Assembly: GCA_043228905.1 (NCBI GenBank)
Contig: JBHGNT010000012.1
Span: 1,798,001 to 1,862,000 of the forward strand
Direction of reading: 5' to 3'
DNA: 64,000 bases
From: Azolla caroliniana
Taxonomy: Eukaryota > Plantae > Polypodiophyta
Shown here: positions 38,098 to 50,770 of the stretch, piece after piece
Layout of the letters: each line of letters starts with the position of its first letter
Numbering within the stretch: the stretch's first letter is position 1
Position numbers and translations under genes: made by a program
The notes under the pieces: generated by a model
What the model saw: only the letters and a program-made list of their open reading frames with translations
What the model was told of the DNA's origin: nothing
The model's database searches: none

Positions 38098-38483
38098 GTC
38101 TGTGTCGAGGTCGGATTGTGGTGGCGAGGTTGGATGGTGATGAGAGTGAGAGTGAGAGTGAGAGAGAGAGAGAGTTCAGAAAGCGAGGGTTCTCTGTGCG
38201 TAGGTTCTCGTCTGATGATCTTCCAACGCCTTGGTGCTTCTGTGCTCCTAGGTTCGCGAAAGTAGAGGGTCTCCATGCGCAGTGGTTTTTCTCTGTGCAT
38301 TCTGGCGCCTTTTTCGAGCGTGTGCACGTCGTGTACTAAAATAGCATTATGTCCTGTGGCGGCGCTTAAATGCCCACTACGTACCTTTTCGCTCCTCGCT
38401 CTCTCGTCCATTCATACCTCGCTCTTGCATGATTACTTCGCTTTCTTTCTTTCTTTTTTTTAGAATTTTAATGTAGTGTGAGG

Positions 38484-41400
38484 TTACTTGTCCGTTGGTC
38501 CTATCGGACCCTTACCGGCCTCATTACGGTTGTCGTTTCCCTCACAGGTTGCCGTTTCCTCACAAGTTCCCGATCTGGTGTCGGTCCTTTGCTCAAATGG
38601 GTTCTTGGGCATCGGTCCTCTATATGGCTTCAATCTGAATCCGTTGACCCATTTGCCTAGCACTTCGCTGGCAAGTGTCCCTAACTGGTAGGACCCATTA
38701 TACTCACGTGTCAGCCAATACGGGCCAGTCCATCTCAACTGTAGTTTACCCGGCATCTTGCCCATCCGGGTCTTAAATACTAACACCGGCTTGCCGATTT
38801 CGAACATTTTTTCATTTCCTTTCCTGTGCCGGTCGACAAATGCTTTCCGTCGCCGTTGTTCCAATTCTAAGTGCAGGATGCTTGCCAGTCGTTGTTCCTC
38901 GAGTTCACAAATCGTTGTTAACCGTATTGCCTCCGACTCCTTCTCGTTCAGCCGTTCCCGTAGCTGGATTCGTAAGCTTGGTACTTGGAATTCCACCGGC
39001 ATGACCGCCTCTAGTCCGAACGCTAACCGGAACGGTGTTGTTTGGATGCTCGTTTTGTATGTTGTCCGGTATGCCCAAAGCGCGCTATGTAGCTTGGTAT
39101 CCCAATCCGTTCGGTTTTCGTTGACGATCTTCCAGAGGATATTCTGGAGCGTTTTGTTCGTCGACTCAGCTAAGCCGTTTCCTTGCGGATAGTACGGTGT
39201 GCTCCGTTTATGGACAACGTCATAGAATGTCGTCAGGCTTTCAACTACTTGGCCGAGAAAGTGCCCCCCTTGGTCGCTTATTAATTCGATTGGGCATCCG
39301 TAACGGCACCAGATGTATTCTTATAGAAATGTTGCCGTTGACGCAGCGGTATTGTCTCTTAAGGCTTTGGCCGCCACCCATTTCGTGCAGTAATCCGTCG
39401 CGACGATGACGTACCGATTACCGGATCTCATTGCCAGTGGTTTGAACGGTCCAACAAAGTCCAGCCCCCACTTCTAGAATGGTTCGAGTGGTAGTACAGG
39501 CTGGTGTGGCATCCGAGCCTGCTCCGTTGGCTGGTCCATTCGCTGGCATAGGTCACATTCTTTTGCGTACCGTACAACATCTCTTAATATAGTTGGCCAC
39601 CATAGGCCACTTTGCCATATTTTCCTGGCCGTCGCATCTCCGGCATAGTGACCTCCGGCAACTCCGCAGTGGGCTTCCCTCAGTATGAGGTTCTTTTCAT
39701 CGTTGCGCACAGCCCGTCTCCATATGTCGTCCGTGCCCTTGTGGTAAAGTGTGTCTCGCAGTAAGCAAAAATGTCGACTTTGCACCGCCAAGCGTTTCCT
39801 TTCGTCCCGGTTCATCTCCTCCAGAGGCAGTCCTGTGCTCAGAAACTGGTGCATATTTGTGAGCCACTTGTCTTCCTGTGCCACCGTTTCATCTGTTGTC
39901 GTTTCCGTAGTGACTCGAAACAGCTCCGCATCCGGAAACTCGTCCGCTACTCCGTCGCCCGTCTCTCCGGACTCTAGACGGCTTAAATAATCTGCTACGA
40001 CATGCTGTATACCGGGTCGGTGGAATATTTCGAACTCGAATTCTTGTAACAGTAAGGTCCACCGGGCCAACTTACCGGTGAGTGACGCCTTGGACACCAG
40101 GTAGAGGAGTGTCGAATGATCTACATGGAAGGAAAACTTCCTTCCCAATAAATAATGCCGAAACTTTGTCACATTGTAGATCATTCCTAGAGCTTCCCGT
40201 TCCGTGGTAGAGTAGTTCCGTTCCGCTTGGGATAGCTTTCGGCTGGCATAGTACACTGGCCGGTACCACTTTGGCTCCGTAAGCTGCATCAGTGCGCTTC
40301 CGATTGCGATATCGGAGGCGTCCACGAACACATGAAATTCTTTACTCCAATCCGGAGGCTACACTACCGGTGCTTGCGACAATAGTACCTTGAGGGCCGT
40401 ATATGCCCTATCCTCAGTGTCCGTCCACTGGAATGGTGTTCGATGTACCGCGGCATGCAACGGTGTAGCCAAGTCGGCCAAGTATCAGAGCATCCGGCTA
40501 TGCCACCGGATCTGGCCTAAGAACCAGCTCAATGCCTTTGCCGGCGCCGACGCCGGTGCTTCTAATATGGCTTTCACTTTGTCCGGGTCGACTGCAATGT
40601 CTTCCTGGCTCACAATATGTCCTAGTAGGGTTCCACTGGACACGTCAAATACACGCTTCGCCGGATTCAAGCTTAGCCGGTACGCTCTACACTTTTCTAG
40701 ACAAAGACAGAGGTGCTGCAAATGATCCTCTTCCCGGCTATAGACGGCGAAATCGTCAAGGAAAACCTCCATAAAAGCCGGGATATATTCACCAAAGATT
40801 TCCATGATGATTCGTTGGAATGTTGTCGGTGCCGTTTTGAGCCCGAACATCATCACCATGGCCACAAACACCCCCCATTCGGTGACGAAAGCCCTTTTCT
40901 CTTGGTCGTCGGGGTGCATCTGGATCTGATTATACCTGCTGAATCCGTCTAGAAAGCTATAGACCTCATGGCCGGCGACGACATCCAACACTCCATCTGT
41001 GAACGGAAGTGGAAACGCATCCGTTACCGTAGCCGCATTGAGTTTGCGGTAGTCCACACAAACTCGGATTTTTCCGTTCTTCTTCGGTACGACTACGATC
41101 GGGCTCAGCCATGTCGCTTTCTTTACCTGACGGATAAAGCCAACTCTTAGCAGTTTGTCGATTTCCTCCTTGACTTTGGCGGCATAATTGGGATTCATCC
41201 GGTACCGTCTTTGTGCAACTGGTTTTGCGTCCTTGCTCAAGTGAATCTGATGCTGGTATAACTGAGGGTCGAGCCCTCGCATGTCTTTGTATGACCAGGC
41301 AAACACGTCGCGAAATTCCGTGAGAAGTGTGATCATCGCCGTTTTGTCTTTGAACTTCATCTCCTTGGCAATGTGCACTGGTTTTGCTTCGTTCGTGGTC

Positions 41401-44125
41401 CCTAGGTTCACCTCTTCAAGTTGCGACGCTTTTACGCGCTGTGAAACGACCATTTCCTGTTCCAACGCTTCCTGCGCTTGCCGTAACTCTCGGATTGCAT
41501 CCTTATCCGGTTCTGCTTCAATCTCTTCCGGCTGCGGTAAGTATGGTGCTACTGCTTCGGTAATGTCAATTTCGAAGAGGGGTACGATCTTCGGGTTTTC
41601 CTGCAAGTACTGAGCTTCTTCTTCGTCAACTAACCCTTCTAGCATGTTGACGCACTCTGCATACAACGGTGTACATTTCTTGCCAGTACTCGTCCTTGGC
41701 TGTGTTGGTACATGTACCTTGGCTTTTCCTCGCCGGAAGGTAATTATATTTTTCCTCCAATTCTGTTTGATATGTGCCGTTTTCAACCATGGCCGCCCCA
41801 GCAAAGCGGGTACGCGCCTTGTGCTTGTAATTGTAGCACTACTGTCGAGATGTGAAATGTATGACCGCCAACGGTGACTTCTAATTTTCGTATTAATCCT
41901 GTCGGCCGCACTGAGCTTGTGTCGGCCATCCGTAACCAGAACGGACACATCTCCCACTCGTGGATTCCCAGGGCATCACACGTTTGGAGGCTTATTACAT
42001 TCACATCGGAGCCTCCGTCTATTACTGTGCCAGGGAATTCTTTCCCTTTTACAATGGCAGTAATTACCAGACTGTTGGTGTCCACCACCATTGGTCCCTC
42101 CTCCGGATTCGAGAAGAGTACCGGTGCCGATGATGATTCTCCTTCTGTCATGGCTGTCTTCAGTCCTTCCGTGAATCTCGGCACGAGCTGTAGGAGTCTT
42201 CCTAGTGGCAGCGTAATCTGGCATTCTTGCAACGCCTGCCATGTCTCATTCTCGAAGTGACTGCCGCCGGCAAGCCCTCCGGTGTTCTCCTTTTGCCTCT
42301 CTAAGTCTGTTACGTTTTGCTTGTTTGCTTTCTTCACCCATTCCGTCGCTTGCTTCCGGATGGTCTCCTGCGTCTCCCATTCCTTGGCCATGCCCTTCGA
42401 CCTTGTGGTCACCTGCTGCAGATCTGCCACTTCAGGTACTACCATATTTATTGTCGGTCTTTTGTCATAGCTCTTCGCCGGGCATTGATTACTATAATGG
42501 CCTTCCTGTCGGCACTAGTAGCAGTAGGCTTTCCGGGTATTGCTGGATTCGGCATTGTTTGTTGTATCCGGGGCAGGTCCTGTGGTAAGCGCGGGGTTTT
42601 GGGCCGGTTGGCTGCTTGAAGCTCCTTGTTCCGGATCCCGTGGGTGGCCGCCTTTTTTGAAATGCCGTTTTTTGTTATAGTTCTTCTTATTGTGGTACTC
42701 TTGACGAGGTTGGTCGTTATATCTGCCGTATTCCTCTCGTTGTTGACGATACCCGGGGGAGTGCTCCTAGTCGTAATGTTCGTATCGTCTATTGTAATCC
42801 CATTATCGATCATATCTATCGTACCGGTCGTAGTTATCCCGCCGATCACCGTACCAGACATCATTCTCCCGTCGATCGCCATACCGAACATCCTGTGCCG
42901 GTCGGTCACGGTCCATTCGCCGCCAGCGTTCCTCTTCTTCATCCCGGCTGCTGCGTGGCTCTATTTGTCGGACGGGCGGTGCTTGCCGGTTCAATATATT
43001 ATACTCGCACCTATCCGTCGTATGGCCCTTGGATTGACAGATTACACATTGCGTCCTCATAGTGCATTCTAGTGCCGAGTGTCTGGAATTCAAGCAAGTT
43101 GTGCACTGTATTGCTTGCCGAAACCGAAGGTCTTCATCGGACGGTAACGCCCGTTGGAGTGTGAGCCAGGAGCTTGTCTTTTCCATCTCTCTCACCCGGT
43201 CAATGACCTGATCGATGGTACTTGCGCGGAAGTCAATTACCATGCAAACCGTGCGTAGGGGTTCCCGGAGCGCATTTAGGAATATAGTTCGTAATTCCTC
43301 CTCCAGGGGTGCGCGGGCAAGCTGACTATGCATCCGTTGAAACCGGATGACAAACTGGGGAATGCTCTCCCCTGCCTCCTGTCGGATGGTATAAAATAAG
43401 CCCACCATTACTGTCTAGTCCACCACCTTTTGGAAAAAATGCAAGAATTTAGCTTTTAAATCTGCAAAGGTGGTGATGGTAGACGGGTCCTGCGTCCGAC
43501 GCCATCTTGCTGCCGGTCCCTCTAATGTGACGCCAAATTCCGCTATCTTAGAGCATTCCTCTTCCTCCGGGGTCAATCGTTGGGACACATGGTTTGCTTC
43601 CCATGTCTGTTCAAAGGCGTGAACATGAGCTTCTGTGTCCGGATCATCTCTATACTTGAAGTACTGGAACGGCATGTTGTCGTCCGGTATCGGTGCGCGG
43701 GCTGGCGGTGTTGGTGGTCGTTCCTGGTTTTTCTCCGGCGTCGGTGGTCTTTCCTGATTTGTCTCCGGCGTCGGTAGTCTTTCCTCTTCTTTTGGTGATG
43801 GAGGCCTCTCCTCCTCGACTTCCGGTGTCGGAGGTCGCTCTTCCTCTGCTGGTTCCGGAGGTTCCAGCCTTAGCACTTCCGATTCCGGTGTCGATAAGGT
43901 GTCTGATCCTTCATCCTCCGGTCCGCCCGGGGTTTCGTTGCTGCTACGGTAGTTCGTGTGCACGATGTATTCCCCTTCGGAATCTGATTCATACGCTGAA
44001 AAGGCTTCTGCTTCGCCTTCTCCGCTTGCCAACGCTTGGAGAAGGGATTCAGTTTCCCGGAGGCTGCTTAGGCTGTTGTCGTCGTCCGGGTGCGATGTTT
44101 GCTGTAACCAGAGGGACTCCTCCAC
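38484..44125 (-). pseudogene. Athila/Tat-like gag-pol, interrupted by stops and frameshifts
   Basis: ORFs 43415..44125, 42803..43408, 41783..42445, 40485..41957, 39474..40331, 38484..39002. Confidence 0.88.
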
Positions 44126-46744
44126 TACTCTCCGGATTACGTTGGAAAACGAGCGATCTGCTCTAATTTCCTACGCCGCTTGCTGGAAAGCCTCACGTCT
44201 CCTTTGCCTTTCGGCAAGGCGTCAAGTTCGATCTGTAACCAGGTCGTGCGTTGATCTAGTCATCCATTTGTGTCGTCGTTCGCTGCAAAAACAGGAATCA
44301 TGGTCGCCAAAAACTGTGTTAACTCTTAAGGCTGGACAATGGCCTAACACAGGGTGTCTACGGAAGACACTTCACCAAAGGGGTGTTACGACAAGAAGAT
44401 TAGGCTCAACGATTAATCCGACTTAATTAGGTTACTTAGCAAGATCGTCCTTAATAATCACACACGTAAGATATAACAATGAATGCAGAACGGCAATTAA
44501 CACAGAGAGATAAAAACACTAAGCTCCATTAATTATCCGCTTCTCATTACATTGTATCCGGGTCTTTAAATAGGTTTCCGGTTTGTAGTACAAAACGGTG
44601 CCATCTGCACCTGTTCGGAATCGGTCCGCATCCGGAACGGCATACCGATTCCGGTCCGTCCGTCCACACTAATAGCTTACTTACAACCATTCCTAATAAT
44701 TAAATAACTCCTTCGTTTCACACTCTAGACTCCTTTGCCGACCGGTAACATGGACGAGAGAAGAGGCGAGCCGGGTACGGAAGAATGCGTACTGATTCTT
44801 CCTACGGGACGGGTGCATATGGAGGCACCCAAAGAAAAGAAACGACATCCCGCTCCGAGTAGTGGCAAAGAAAGAAGAACAGGAGGAATTACTAGCGGCA
44901 TTTCACGAGAGTCCTTGGGCCGGGCACCGCAGAACGTGGGCCACATTCAAGAAGTTGGAGAAGTACTGGTAGTCGGGGTTGTACCGGGATGTGCATCGGT
45001 TCGTAACGACTTGCGAAAGCTGTCAGATGCACTCCGTAGTCCGACATCGGGACGAGCTACACCCGACCTACCCGCCTACAGTCCATTTCAAGTGGATGGT
45101 GGACTTGGTGACGATGCCGATGGGAGTGGGACAGATGCGATACCTGGTGCTTGCGCGGGAAGACTTAACGAACCAGGTGGAAGGTCATGCACTGCAGAAC
45201 AAGACAACCGCGGCGGTATGCCGGTTCCTGATCGAAGAGGTAGTGTGTCGATACGAGTGCGTCGGGTGGATCGTGGCGGGCCGGGGAGAGCTGGATGCGC
45301 GGGAAGCTGAGGAGTTGTTCGACCGGCTAGGGGTCAAACTCTCCCTCACTACGGCGTACAATCCGGAGACGAACGGGAAGGTACAACGTGGGCACGGGCC
45401 GATCGTAAAGGTGTTGGTGCGTGCATGCGGAGGGCAGGTCGGGAATCGGTCTCGGTTCCTTCCTTACGCACTATGGGCGGACCGAACTACGCATAGTTCG
45501 GTGACAAGGTTTATGCCGGCAGAGCTGATGTATGGACAGAAGCCGATCATGTCGGTGGAACGGACGGTTTCTTCGTGGGCGGCGGTAGATTAGAAGGACG
45601 AGATGAGCCATGAGGAGTTGCTGGTGGTGCGGATTCGGCAACTCGAGCGGAGGCCGGAGGACATGAACCGGGCGAAAGAAAAGTTGCGGGCGGCAAGGGA
45701 GCGGAACAAGACCCGGTTCAACCAGACGCACCGGTTGCAGCCAAAGAAGATCAAGGAAGGCGACTAGGTCTTGGTATACGACATCAACCTCAACAATCAG
45801 CACAAGGCGATGCGAAAGTTCGCTAGGAGATGGTTCGGGCCCTACACGGTGACGAGTGCGAACGACAACGGCACGTACCACCTCGCGGAACTCGACGGGA
45901 CACAGTTAGCGGTACCGATGGCCGGGAAGCGGATCAAAGCGTTCAAGAAGCGGTTTGAAGACGAGCCGGAGCCGGCGGGTGAGAGCGACGACGACAATCG
46001 GTTCGGGCCCGACGAAGAATTGGAGAGCAACGAGTAAAGCCGGTTTTCTTCGGTATCTACCCGTCTCTGGCGCATGCCGGTGGATGCGCGGTTTGGTGGG
46101 GGTGGATGTCATGAAGAAAACCGGCCATAGGCGGAATCGGAGGAAAAGGCGCATGAATCGGCTCTTACATGGGTGGACGCGAGAATTGGTATTTTGTACA
46201 TGATTCATAATTAGGTCGGCTGATGTAAATACTAGGTAGTACACATTTATTAGGGGATTCGTGCGTACCTCTGTCGAGAGGGACAGGGAATAAACTATTT
46301 AAGGAGGGAGAGAAGGAAGAAAGGGGATCGCGCGTTGGGGAGGACGAAGTGCTGCTGCAGAACCGAGTATCGAGCTCTCTCTCCTCCGATCGTCGTTCTC
46401 TGTGGGTGTCGGGAGTTCGATGCCTCTACTTTGTGGACAACCTGTGTGCTTCCAGCAGAGGCTCTCCCCCCCTTTTTTTTTGTTTCTTCGAGTCGAGTGG
46501 TTGTCGTTTGTGTGTGTGAGTAGGACCCCGTGTCAGATCCATTACCGGTTTGTCGGTTGTAACTGTTCGAGTTGTAAGTTATGGATTATAGTAATCGGAT
46601 TCTTGTTTCTTTCTCTTGTTTTCCTTTTGTGTATCTGCAACTCTCTCTCTCTCTCACTCTCTCCTTGGTCCAAGACCCCCGTGGTCCCACCTCTTCCTAT
46701 ACGCGAACGCGAAACTTCGTGACAACAGTTCATCTTGTGCCTAA

Positions 46745-46746
<2 letters not shown>

Positions 46747-46837
<91 letters not shown>
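46747..46837. repeat. (CT)n microsatellite followed by (CG)n
   Basis: About 78 bp of pure CT repeat, then a short CG run, inside the solo LTR. Confidence 0.95.
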
Positions 46838-48538
46838 TGCGTTCTGGTTGCGTCTTATTTTCAGTTGATGTTGTTGTTGCCATCAATCTACCTAGCTTGT
46901 ATTTGTTTATGATCTACATCTCTAGAAGAGTGTTGATTTGTTCGCAGTAGAAGGCCACGTTATCAACACTACTAACACAGGGGGTAAAGTGAACTTAGCT
47001 CTAATAATGTCATGCGGTACTATCAATTTGCTTTAGAGTTGGCATGATAACATCATCACCAATGGTCTCTCCAATTGTGTCCACATGAAATATGGTAGCC
47101 CTATAGCCCAAACCACTGACGCATACATGAGGGAGGGGGTCACTAATGAGTCAAAGAGCCACCCCTTAGTCCATGGCTCTTGAAAGTATGCATGGTGGCA
47201 TTGTCTCTCTAAGAGTGAGAGGGATGCATGTCCTCTCATAAGTCTATCCTTCGTTGCCTGTGTCATCGAAAACTTACATGAGTAGACACTGAAAGTGACT
47301 CCGAGATATACATATGATCCAACTACCTCAACTAGGCTATGGGGGATGGTTAGGTGACACTTGGTTATAACTTGAGCCGATGTGTGGAAGATAAGGAATT
47401 TCATTTTCCCAAGGTTCACTACCAATCCTCGTGTGCAAAAGTCATCTAAGGCATTAAGGTGCCTTTGTAGGTCATGTTCAAACTCAGAGAGCAAAACTAT
47501 GTCTATGCATGGAGCAAGATACGAACCTGTGTACCCCCAAGGACTACTCCGGTGCCTCCCTTCTAAGCAATAAAATCCGTGATCTCATAATGTAGATCCC
47601 AAAAAGAGTCGGTGATAGGGGGCAACCTTGTTTTACACCAATAGTGCTAGTGAAGCAATCAGATAGGCCACTTGGGCATTGTATGCAACTGTAGACTCGC
47701 TCATATAGTGCATAGATGGCCCAAATCATGTCATATGGTATCTTCAAGCTTTTAAGCATATCAAACAGCCGCTCTCTAGGGAATGTGTCAAAGGCTTTGC
47801 GGAAATCCACAAAACAACAATATAATTTCTTCTTGTGAGCCTTTGTTTGGTCACTTAAGCATCTAAGTGTGATATATATGATCAATAGTAGAGAAGGCTC
47901 ATCCAAAGCGAACCTGTTCAAGTGCTTGAAGATTTAAGGTCTCCATATAATCGCTAAGCTCTACTTCCATTACTAAACCATATAACTTAGTGAGTGTATG
48001 GCCTATCATAATGGCCATATATGTATTTGGGTCCATGGGGTTCCCTCCTTTATGTATGGGAGCCAATGTGGTGGAAAACCCTTGGTGAGGGCTTGATTGA
48101 AGATTAAAGTTAGAAAGGGAACTAGGCACTCTCGCGTATATATGATGTGTTATGCTCACAATCCTTTGTGGTCCATGGACTTCCTATGTTGTAATTTCTT
48201 TATAACCTTCATGACCCGAGGTTGTGAAAAGTGTCCCCATGGTAGGTCGGGGTGTAGAAGGCATTGGAATGGGTGGTTGGGTTGGGACTTAGTAAAGTCT
48301 TTATGTACATGTGTGCCAAGTGTTGGGATCCTCGATAGGTTTTTGTGGTCTTGGTTCCCATAGTCTCTTCCACGCAGTGGTGCAATCACTACTCGTGAGC
48401 ATATGGTAGATTTCCCAATATTTGGATGCTTTCCACGCTCGTCTCTTAGGACGTGTCATCTTGTGCATTTCTTTGTGAGCTTGTACTGAGGTGATAGTAC
48501 CACTGAGTTGTGATACTTTAAGTTGTCTATGTACCTCT

Positions 48539-49025
48539 TGTCATGGACACACCAAGCGTGAACTAAGATGGAGCACAGATGATGGGGCTACAAACGACAT
48601 GCTACAAACTTGGAGCTAGACGTGACAAGGCTTGGAACTCTAGAAGTTGTGAGCGACATGAAAGCATGAACACCAAGAAGAAGAAGGAGACAAGATGGAA
48701 TGAAACTAGAATATTGGATTGATGTGTCAATGATTGGTGTTGAATCCCTTGAAAGGGACCAATATGGTTACAAGTATTTATATTCTAAGTTGAAGTACAT
48801 GCATTAGAATATTTTGAAGAATATTCTAGAACCTGGGAATATTCTAGAACTTTCTGGATGTCTAGAGAGTATACCTCAATCGTGTACATCTTATACAATG
48901 ATATGTAGATCAAGTATATTTTATACAATGCTCATATGAAGATGGTTGAGCATGATGTATTGTTGATGTGAGGTTGCAAGTTCAATCCTCATCAACTATA
49001 TATTTCATGTCATTGTATTGTAACA
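48539..49025. mobile_element. Solo LTR (487 bp) in the host LINE
   Basis: TGTCA...TAACA ends; flanks CCTCT/CCTCC (5-bp TSD, one mismatch); TTCTAGAA-rich repeats like those in the 9174-9495 insert. Confidence 0.75.
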
Positions 49026-50507
49026 CCTCCCTGCAATCCTCATCATACCATCTATTTTGTGGCATAGACCCTACTCTACCTTGATTGGAATGTTTCATAT
49101 ATGGGAAGCGGCCAATTAATGCGGAGTGAAGGATGTGTGTGAGTTTCGTAGTAAGGCTTTCTAAAGGCAAGGAGGAATCAAGAGAGGAGAGATGGGTCTG
49201 AACATGTCGGGAGTATATGTCTGAGAGCCCATGTGTGAAATGTATTGTGGTGTGATGTCTTTGTTGGCTGGAGTTGGTGATGATGGAGATATCACATTTT
49301 AGCTCAAAGTATAAGAAACTATGGTATGCACCAATAGGACATGGTGCCACTCAGAAACAGTTAATAAATGTGGGTAGCTTAAAGGCGTCTTATTAGATAA
49401 TTAACAATGCTTTCCCCTCCTCCATGTTGGAAACATATGAGCTCTTTCGAGCCGGGCTACTTGGCTAAACCATCTGATGTCAATTGCGAAGTTCGAGTAG
49501 ATGATGGCCAAAGCTCGTGGCGTCCACACCTTGATCTTTTGATCTACGCGTGGTGCCTATGTCTAAAGGATCGACATTTACCATTTATAGGTTGCTATTC
49601 ATCTGAAATATTGTGCATTGTTGGGATTGGGTTCTTGCATTGAAATCTCCTACAAGGAAGACTTCTCATTGGGACGAATATCGGATTATGTTATCCGATA
49701 AAGGTTCGTATGGAGAAGGCCCATGTGGCACTCCTTCATCAACTAATCTCGCCTCACCAGCCATGTTATATCATAGCACATTTTGTTCCTATGCCAATTT
49801 GAGCACTCAGGTTGAGTTGCATGGTTGAAACAAATTCATTAACCTAACAAAAACGTTGGTTAATTTTACAAAGGGAAATGTTGAAAGGAATAGGCTCGTG
49901 GTCATATGTGCACAAATACGATAGCTTTACTATACTCATGGAAGAGGGAACGTAAGAAAATGTCCCCGCACAAAAATATGGTTGAAGGCTGAGAAGCAAT
50001 TAAATAACATGGAAGATGACTACCCCTAAAAAATTCAATACAGTTAAAGCTTACACAAGGACACATATGATTACCCCCTAGCTTCCGATGGCACCATGAG
50101 AACTTCAGGCCCTACATACAAAGGTTGAAACATAGAGTGAGCCACATTGGGAACATTGTATCCGTTGAGCCAATATCGATCAACAGGTACATTGGCGGAA
50201 GGCAACTAGAAGAATGTGGAGTGTGAAGGGTAGTGTGGGTGTGGCAGTGTGAGGATTGGGGAAGAGAGGTGACACCGAACGAGAAGGATCATAACTTTTG
50301 AATGGGTTGGGGTTTTTTGGTGATGGTACATTATCTCGAATGAACAAAGTAGAGGCGCTAAAGTATGTATGTATCTATTTGGTTGCTTGACATAATCCTC
50401 AAATAACAATCTCCGTAAGTAAGTGTTGTAGGCCTAGAAGGTTTCCATTTTGTTCTTTATCCGTGTGATTTCGGAGCTCGACTTCTTAGAAAAATACATT
50501 CAAGCAA

Positions 50508-50659
50508 AAGGGTATTGTGGGAATATAAGAAAAAGACACTCAAAAGGGCATTTCGGGAATATGAAAAACGCGAGGCTCAGGCTATGGCCGTAATTACGGA
50601 ATATTTGGAGGGGTATTTTGGTAATTAGCCAAAACAGTTGTGAACGAAAATTAGGGTTT
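50508..50659 (+). promoter_or_regulatory. Ribosomal-protein promoter motifs: TEF-box plus two variants, and a telo-box
   Basis: AGGGGTA-TTTTG-GTAA at 50609-50624 fits ARGGRYAnnnnnGT; variants at 50508 and 50544. TTAGGGTTT (AAACCCTAA reversed) at 50651-50659. Confidence 0.7.
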
Positions 50660-50770
50660 CCTTTTTATCTATATCTATTTTCTTTCTTTGCTTCGCGTAG
50701 CTTCTCTTCTAGCCTTTGTTTCTTCGAGATCGTCTCTGTCGTTCTCTGAGCAGAGCTTTGATTGTTCGCC

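Larger units (their letters stand above)
34964..44750 (-). mobile_element. Athila/Tat-like non-chromovirus Gypsy with 3' extra ORF; 5' LTR ~44315-44750, 3' LTR truncated to 34964-35237
   Basis: The 274 bp at 34964-35237 match 44477-44750. PBS TGGCGACCA (tRNA-Arg-like) 44301-44309 after GTTTT. gag with two CCHC knuckles, PR (VIDGGSDVN), RT (WLSPIVVVPKKNGKIRVCVDYRKLN, FLDDF), RNase H (VDASDIAIG), integrase (WGLDFVGP, WTGPY). Confidence 0.88.
29899..46724 (+). mobile_element. Trp-primed Gypsy T3, decayed, carrying two nested inserts
   Basis: LTRs 29899-30503 and 46107-46724; PBS TGGTGAACCCGACGTGA 30508-30524; PPT just before 46107; flanks ACGG (29895-29898) / ACAG (46725-46728). gag-PR ~30548-32648; pol pieces 32640-33295, 34002-34963, 44751-46037. 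Confidence 0.93.
29742..46968. mobile_element. Solo LTR (~400 bp net: 29742-29898 plus 46729-46968) inserted in the host LINE and interrupted by T3
   Basis: TGTCAA...TCAACA ends; perfect 5-bp TSD CTACT (29737-29741, 46969-46973); TATATAAA near 29851 and a (CT)n tract. Confidence 0.8.
1196..49830 (-). mobile_element. Host LINE (APE-RT-CCHC, same family as copy 1), split into 1196-1883, 29209-29741, 46969-48538 and 49026-~49830 by nested insertions
   Basis: APE motif EVFLVGDFNART near 49650; RT motifs FVDFRKAFD, GVKQGCPLSPTLFGIY and YVYLGVTF (47033-47921); C-terminal segment matching ORF 38..745; (CTTT)n tail at 1196-1208. The peptide rejoins across the inserts (PPVLV|EALFQ; CHIEIED|EYH). The 5' limit is approximate. 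Confidence 0.8.

Noticed and set aside
46542-46950. ER- and SL-repeat ORFs
   Set aside because: Translations of the (CT)n microsatellite.
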